Of a DNA stretch of 64,000 nt, positions 57,001 to 64,000 are shown one piece after another. The position numbers were made by a program, and so were the translations under genes. A model generated the notes under the pieces. It did no database searches, was not told the origin of the DNA, and worked only from the letters and a program-made list of their open reading frames with translations. The stretch is from the NCBI GenBank assembly GCA_012295275.1, contig CM022677.1, positions 3,968,001 to 4,032,000 of the forward strand, in the 5' to 3' direction. The number at the start of each line of letters is the position of its first letter. Within the stretch, counting starts at the first letter, position 1. The DNA is from Chrysomallon squamiferum (taxonomy: Eukaryota; Animalia; Mollusca).

Positions 57001-58917
57001 GAGGTGAACTGTCAGGTTCAGGTACAGGTTGTACATATCCTGGGTGAGGAGGTGAACTGTCAGGTTCAGGTACAGGTTGTACATATCCTGGGTGAGGAGG
57101 TGAACTGTCAGGTTCAGGTACAGGTTGTACATATCCTGGGTGAGGAGGTGAACTGTCAGGTACAGGTTGTACATATCCTGGGTGAGGAGGTGAACTGTCA
57201 GGTTCAGGTACAGGTTGTACATATCCAGGTGAACTCAGGTTCAGGTACAGGTTGTACATATCCTGGGTGAGGAGGTGAACTGTCAGGTTCAGGTACAGGT
57301 TGTACATATCCTGGGTGAGGAGGTGAACTGTCAGGTTCAGGTACAGGTTGTACATATCCTGGGTGAGGAGATGAACTGTCAGGTACAGGTTGTACATATC
57401 CTGGGTGAGGAGGTGAACTGTCAGGTACAGGTTGTACATATCCTGGGTGAGGAGATGAACTGTCAGGTTCAGGTACAGGTTGTACATATCCTGGGTGAGG
57501 AGGTGAACTGTCAGGTTCAGGTACAGGTTGTACATATCCTGGGTGAGGAGGTGAACTGTCAGGTACAGGTTGTACATATCCTGGGTGAGGAGGTGAACTG
57601 TCAGGTTCAGGTACAGGTTGTACATATTCAGGTGAACTGTCAGGTACAGGTTGTACATATCCTGGGTGAGGAGGTGAACTGTCAGGTTCAGGTACAGGTT
57701 GTACATATCCTGGGTGAGGAGATGAACTGTCAGGTTCAGGTACAGGTTGTACATATCCTGGGTGAGGAGATGAACTGTCAGGTTCAGGTACAGGTTGTAC
57801 ATATCCTGGGTGAGGAGATGAACTGACAGGTACAGGTTGTACATATCCTGGGTGAGGAGATGAACTGTCAGGTTCAGGTACAGGTTGTACATATCCTGGG
57901 TGAGGAGATGAACTGTCAGGTTCAGGTACAGGTTGTACATATCCTGGGTGAGGAGGTGAACTGTCAGGTACAGGTTGTACATATCCTGGGTGAGGAGATG
58001 AACTGTCAGGTTCAGGTACAGGTTGTACATATCCTGGGTGAGGAGGTGAACTGTCAGGTTCAGGTACAGGTTGTACATATCCTGGGTGAGGAGATGAACT
58101 GTCAGGTCCAGGTACAGGTTGTACATATCCTGGGTGAGGAGATGAACTGTCAGGTTCAGGTACAGGTTGTACATATCCTGGGTGAGGAGATGAACTGACA
58201 GGTACAGGTTGTACATATCCTGGGTGAGGAGGTGAACTGTCAGGTTCGGGTAGAAGTTGTAGATATTCATGAGCTTCCACCAACTGCTCAGGTCCATCAA
58301 CAGCGACGTTCACGCTGCGAATCAAATCAGTCTTGTCATACACGTCACTCGGCAGACACTTATCTCCCTGCAAAACACAAATGTAACAAAGTTCATAATA
58401 AAAATAAAGTACACGAAGACTAACTGGATGAATTCAAGTTACATCATACAATGCAGGTTTTTGTTTGTTTTTTGCTGCTAAAGAAGCTTAAAATCATTTT
58501 ATGTTTATAGAAATAAAAATGAGAATTTTTTTTATTTAATTTCTTTTTTCTGCTTCAAGCTTAAAACAAAACCAAAATAAATCTTATCATTAAAATAATT
58601 ACTTACTTAAATAAGTCAACTATTAATAATTATGTAAATAAAAAAAGAGAAAAATTAAAGTTTAATGACTGAAAGAAAAAAATCAAAATATTAAACCCAG
58701 AATGAAATAACAATTCTAAATTAAAATATATTATATAAACAAAAATATAAATAAATAAATAAAAACAAAAATAGTAATGATAAACACAAGTATGTTTACA
58801 TATGCATTGGAAATGAATATTCATTTTAGTTTGTTAATTGTCCATTGTTTTTTATTGTGCTTTTTTTTTTTTTTTTTTTTTATCTGTCTTACAATGTGAA
58901 AGAAAGAAAGAAAAATT

Positions 58918-59002
<85 letters not shown>

Positions 59003-59301
59003 TGGAGAACTGAGTAGAGTTCCTACAAGCAACCAGCTGTCAGTCATCTTCTGAAACCAGTAATCCATGTGTGATTATCACTGATCCATGTTCTCTAATC
59101 AGCAATCCATCTTTTAAACACTGATCTGTATATTCTACCCGTTTATCAGTATGGACTAACCACTAATCCAACATTTCAGAATCCAGCTTCCTTGATATTG
59201 TCAATGCTTATTAGAAAATTAGTTTTGTGTTTACATAAATAAACATTTGAACTTGTCAAGTTTTCTAACCACAAACCATTACAATGTGTGGTTTGTCTAA
59301 G

Positions 59302-59335
<34 letters not shown>

Positions 59336-60546
59336 CTTCAGTGGATTTCTGTAAGTATCCATTCAAATCTGGAAAATTCCATGCAATGGGTTCAAAGTCA
59401 CATGGTTTATTGTGAAGAACTTTACTTCAGTTGAAGAGGAAATAATGAATAAACATGTAAGTAAAAACTATTAACTGACATATACACATTATTACTAAAC
59501 TCATTTTTTTTGGGGGGGGTTGTTTGCTGTTATTTTCTTTGTTTTTTTAATACACTAGATAAAAATACCCTGCATAATGCAGTCACAAAGAAGAGGTCTA
59601 TTTAGACAGTGTCTGTATTACAGAGGTTGTACTATACTGGACAAATTTCAGACACTACAAATTTGGACTTGTAACAACTGTATAGCTACTGGAATCTTCA
59701 CATTTTCTCCTTCTGGTATCCAGTATCCCTGACAGTAACAACAACAACAACAACAATAGTAATGATAATATTAATAACAAAAATAATGACAATAATAATA
59801 ATAATAATAATAATAATAGTAATAGTAGTAATAATAGTAACAGTACTAGTAGCAGTAGTAGCAACAGTAATGATAGCAAAGGTAATAATGTAAGTAGTAG
59901 TTGTGATAGTAACAGCAGCAGAAGTAGTAGTAAAGAAGTAGTAGTTGTAATGTAGTAGTAGTTGTAATGTGGTAGTATTTTTAGTAGTAAATTTATAATT
60001 TTATTCTCACCTTATATACCGTTCCAAACGCTCCGGAGCCAACAATTCCTCCTCGTTTCAGTTCCGATTCTTTTATCAGTCTGAGCTGGGCGAGGTCAGG
60101 TTTAGCTGCAGTGGGGGTCAGGGGCTGAAAACAGTTATTTATGGATGTGTGCAAGTCTTCACAATCCTGCGTCATGCATTTGTATCAGATTGAAAACCAA
60201 TGGGTAACCAAATTTTATAATTTTATACATAAAAATTAATTTGTGACAGAAGTGACTATAACTGAAGGATGTTTGTTTAGATGAATATATAATATAAATA
60301 TATTACATAAAAAAGTGACTGCACCCAGAAATGTGAGTAAAATATGTGTAATATGTATAAAAGAGACAAGTGTATGTTTAATCAGTCTGGTAACTCACCT
60401 CACTTTCTTCATGACTGCCTCGGTCTGTCCTCTGTGCCATTGTTCTCTTCTGCCAGAGATATAGCAATCCACCCACAACACACCCGATCAGACACAACAC
60501 CCCTGCAACTACTCCTACGTTTATTACAATCTTCTTCAATTTATTA
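54034..60546 (-). CDS. EGFR: EGFR-derived gene lacking the kinase core. TM exon 60546-60399; JM/P-loop exon 60124-60011; broken VAIK exon 59728-59648; repeat-expanded tail exon 58367-56242; tail exons 55785-55659, 55033-54885, 54059-54034. Functional or pseudogene status unresolved
   Basis: [31 protein letters not shown]; [38 protein letters not shown]; [17 protein letters not shown]; [37 protein letters not shown]; DSVRFLSD; DDYLSP..GYIELLD; KYENPMD*. Exon phases of the TM and JM exons match EGFR exons 17-18. No HRD, DFG or APE exons seen between 59648 and 58367. Confidence 0.85.
54250..54876. repeat. Degenerate (TCAT)n microsatellite in an intron of the EGFR-like gene
   Basis: About 620 bp of TCAT/TCAC words. 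Confidence 0.93.
56250..58250 (-). repeat. Exonic 48/42-bp coding minisatellite encoding (EP)DSS[P/S][10 protein letters not shown], about 41 copies
   Basis: Most unit-length variants are multiples of 3 (48, 42, 33 bp). Four small indels near 57235, 56970, 56728 and 56678 shift the frame. Confidence 0.93.
58919..58998. repeat. (GA)n microsatellite
   Basis: Perfect run. Confidence 0.95.
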
Positions 60547-60618
60547 CTGTGAAACATTTCAGAAAATAATACTAATAATAATAGCACAACAATAATAATA
60601 ATAACAATAAAATAAGCA

Positions 60619-60663
<45 letters not shown>

Positions 60664-60859
60664 AAATAAAATGCGGAAATAATAATAGAATAATAATAAA
60701 AATAAAGGCAATAATTTTAAAATCTAAAACTGTAGTTGTTTCCTTTTTACATAATAATAGAAATAATAATAATAATAATAGCACAAACAATGAAAAATAA
60801 CAATAAATTTCAGCAGAAGATATAATACACTAGAAGATATAATACACACTAGAAGATAT

Positions 60860-63286
60860 AATACAAGCCAGAATGCTTGCAGAAATTGAGGAAATAGAAT
60901 TGAAAGGTCTAAAAATAAAGGCAAGAATTTTAAAATCTGAAACTGTAGTTGTTTCCTTTTTACACTTGCCTGCATACATAGAAGATGAAGAAATTGAAGA
61001 AAAATTGAAAGAAATGAAAATAGAAATTTATAGCAGAGTATACAAAGAGAAAAAAAAATAGCGGAGAAAAAAAAGTGATGGCACAAGATATGTGAGTAAA
61101 ATTTCCACCTGAAATAAAAAGTCTACCATATTCAATGAAATTTCAGATATACGAAGGAATAAAATATGTTTGTGTATTACATGACAATCAGATACAAGTC
61201 TATTACAATTGTGTGGCAAACAATCATTTGTTGAAAGACTGTCCAAGTATAACTTGTCATAATTGTAAACAAAAAGGACATTTTGCAAGAAACTGCCCTA
61301 AAATTTTTTGTGTAAAATCAAAGGAGAAAAAAAAAGTGTGGAAATGAAAAAAGAAGATGAATGTGAGTGTTGTAAAACAAAGAGAAAAAAAAAAGTGAAA
61401 GTGATGGTATGAAGACAAAAAATCAAAGGAAAAAAGTGAAAGTGATGGTATGGAGTATACTACAGACAATGTAAAATCAAAGGAGAAAAAAGAAAGTGAT
61501 GGTATGGAGTATACTACAGATAATGTAAAATCAAAGGAGAAAAAAGAAAGTGATGGTATGGAGTATACTACAGATAATGTAAAATCAAAGGAGAAAAAAG
61601 AAAGTGATGGTATGGAGTATACAACAGACAATGTAAAATCAAAGGAGAAAAAAGAAAGTGATGGTATGGAGTATACTACAGATAATGTAAAATCAAAGGA
61701 GAAAAAAGAAAGTGATGGTATGGAGTATACTACAGATAATGTAAAATCAAAGGGAGAAAAAGAAAGTGATGGTATGGAGTATACTACAGATAATGTAAAA
61801 TCAAAGGGAAAAAAAAAAAATATGGAAAGATAATGTAAAATCAAAGGAGAAAAAAGAAAGTGAGTATCTACAGGTAAAATCAAAGGAGAAAAAAAGAAAA
61901 ATGGAAAACCAATAATGTAAAATCAAAGGAAAAAAAGAAAGATAAGCAAAAAGTATCCACAGGATAAATACAACAGAAATGAAAACCAATAAGGAAAAAC
62001 AAAACTCAGAAAATGGAGAAAAATCAGAAAAAACCCTGATGAAAACAAAACAGTGAAAAATAATAACAAGGAAGCTGAAACCATCGAAGCAGAGAAAAAC
62101 AACAAACAAACGAGATTGATCAAGCGTCCGTCAGAAGAAAAACTGTGGAGCTTGGTAGAAAACAGAAAACAAAAACAGAGACAAGCAGCGCGCATGAAAA
62201 GTGTGAGAGAAAGTGTTGCCAGGGCAATGAACGAGTATGGTGGGGGGAATATAGACAAGATATAGAATATTTTAAAAATGGATAATAGTTTTATAACTTT
62301 TCTAATTCTAATTATGATTTTGTCTATAAATGTAAATGGACTGAGAGATATTGAGAAATTAAATTCAGTTTTTGCAACTATTAAAAGTAAACATGCAAAT
62401 ATTATTTTTCTACAGGAAACATTTTGGGATATTGACTTCATTGAGAGATATAAGCATTTATGGGAAGGAAATATATTTTATAATAATTGTCCAAATAAAA
62501 AAAGAAGGGGTGTAGCAATACTGGTATCAAAAGAATGTCCTTATAAGTTTACATTTAATAGTTGCAACACTGAAGGCAGGATTTTAAAAGTTAATACTAA
62601 AATAGATGAAGAAGAATACAGTTTTATAAATGTATATGTGCCAAATATTGAAAAAAGAATTTTATTTTTTAAAGGATTATGTAAATTTGTGGATTTATAA
62701 AATAGAATAATGGCAGGAGATTTTAATGAAATTTTAGATCCTAATTTAGATTTAGGCATTAATAATAAAACTTTGAGTATGAAAAGTAGTAATGAATTAC
62801 AGTCAGTTATTTTTAATTATAATTTAGTTGATATTTGGCGACACAGATAAAAGGCAAGTTACTAGATCTCAAATTGTTGAAAAAACTATAAAACAGTCAA
62901 GAATTGATTTATTCTTAATTTCTAGAAATTTATTACAGTTTATAAGTAATGTATACATATCCTATACCTCAGTTAGTAATCACAATTTTTATCACTTAAA
63001 ATAGATTTTTCTCATGCAGAGAGGTCAAGGTATTTGGATCTTTAATAATGAATTGTTGAAAGATGAAAGTTTTTGTAAAGCTATTATTGAAGTTATTAAT
63101 AATGTTTCTGAGTGTCCTTTGTTACAGACTGAACCTAGTGTTTGGTGAGCCAACTTAAAATATAAAATGAAAACATGTGCAAGAAATTTTGCAATAAAAA
63201 AGAGAAAATCAGATAACAAAAAATATTATAATATCCAAAATGCTTTAAAACAAGAATATGCTAAACAAGCTGTAAATAAGCATCAT
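60860..63286 (+). mobile_element. Degenerate Tx1/L1-clade LINE: ORF1 with zinc knuckles and ORF2 AP-endonuclease; RT not reached
   Basis: ORF1 pieces ETVVVSFLHLPAYIEDEEIEEKL, YNCVANNHLLKDC, CHNCKQKGHFARNC. ORF2 ILSINVNGLRD, IIFLQET, RGVAIL, INVYVPN, MAGDFN, LVDIWR, SRIDLFL, GIWIFNNELLKD. Multiple stops and frameshifts. Confidence 0.88.
61420..61830 (+). repeat. 54-bp tandem repeat inside LINE ORF1 (MEYTTDNVKSKEKKESDG x7)
   Basis: ATG-anchored period 61450, 61504, 61558 ... 61774. Confidence 0.9.
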
Positions 63287-64000
63287 TGTTGTATCTAAAT
63301 GGTGTTATAGTTAACACTGTTACAGTTTACGATGTTTAGGGAAACTGGAATAAGGGAGAGAGTATTATATGATGTCACCCTAGCGTGCGTCAGTTTTTGC
63401 TCATAGCCATTTTGAAATGAAATAAATTGTTTGGAAACTGAAATGAACTTTATGTTTTAATGTTAAAACATAACAATTGGCGATGAGGATGGGATAACAC
63501 TTGTTGAACTGTTTCCTGAAATTAACTGTTTATGAAATATGGCTACCTACAGTAAAGTTGAAGAGTTTGATTTAGAAAATTGGGATGAATACATCGAACG
63601 TTTGGAATAGTATCTGCTGGCGAATGATGTAGACGATGCTGAAAAGAAACATTCCATTTTGTTGTCCGTATGTGGTGCCAAGACTTACAGGTTGATTTGA
63701 AATCTGACTTTGCCTGAGAAACCAGCAAGTAAGACTTACGAACAATTGAAAACCTTGATAGGAAATCATCTCAAACCAAAACCTTTGGTGATTGCGGAAC
63801 GGTTCAAATTCTATCAACGGAAACAAGAGCCCGGAGAGACTGTAAGTGAATTTTTGGCTGAAGCATTAAGAGACATTTTGTCACATTTCACTAAAAGCAA
63901 GCAAGTCACAGAATAGTGCTGACTATATATTTGACTGTACCGGCATTGCAGATTTCAAAGTTTGTGGTTCGAGAGTAACAGGATTAATGGGAGACAACTC
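63287..64000 (+). mobile_element. Ty3/Gypsy (Mag-like) LTR retrotransposon 5' end: short LTR, tRNA-Ser PBS, degenerate gag
   Basis: LTR TGTT...ATAACA ends at 63475 (start 63287 or 63303). PBS TGGCGATGAGGATGGGAT at 63478-63495. gag from 63539 reads MATYSKVEEFDLENWDEYIERLE*Y...VIAERFKFYQRKQEPGETVSEFLAE with two stops. Confidence 0.85.

Noticed and set aside
56397-58300. Alternative-frame repeat ORFs ([14 protein letters not shown]; [13 protein letters not shown]), including the 551-aa ORF
   Set aside because: Shadow frames of the YVQP array; only the YVQP frame is continuous with EGFR-homologous flanks and splice sites.
59150-59215. Minus-strand ILKCWIS resembling EGFR MVKCWM
   Set aside because: Too short, with no flanking kinase homology or convincing acceptor.
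59655-59879. Poly-Leu ORF as a signal or TM peptide
   Set aside because: Derived from trinucleotide repeats; the real exon ([16 protein letters not shown]) is in another frame.

Overview
AT-rich, microsatellite-dense eukaryotic genomic DNA with GT-AG introns. It looks lophotrochozoan, possibly cephalopod; that is an inference from composition and gene similarity. The window is a mosaic of intron-containing gene pieces: 5'-half exons of AACS (+); the 3' part of CUEDC1 (+, 4-nt frameshift); the 3' end of ACOX3 (-), preceded in compatible splice phase by five EGF-domain exons; a degenerate hAT transposon; one complete 8-exon Rheb gene (+) with switch-I/G3 substitutions; an orphan innexin C-terminus; a Deltex RING-DTC pseudogene; several minisatellites; and a Tx1/L1-like LINE interrupted by a Gypsy element. 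The most striking object is an EGFR-derived locus on the minus strand (about 54.0-60.5 kb). It keeps the transmembrane, juxtamembrane, P-loop and C-tail exons but has lost the kinase core. The EYLQP-type autophosphorylation site in its tail is expanded into about 41 tandem YVQP-type (YxxP) repeats, and the exon phases would allow in-frame skipping of the kinase. Exon models were read by hand; no database search or expression data support them, and assembly or indel errors cannot be excluded.
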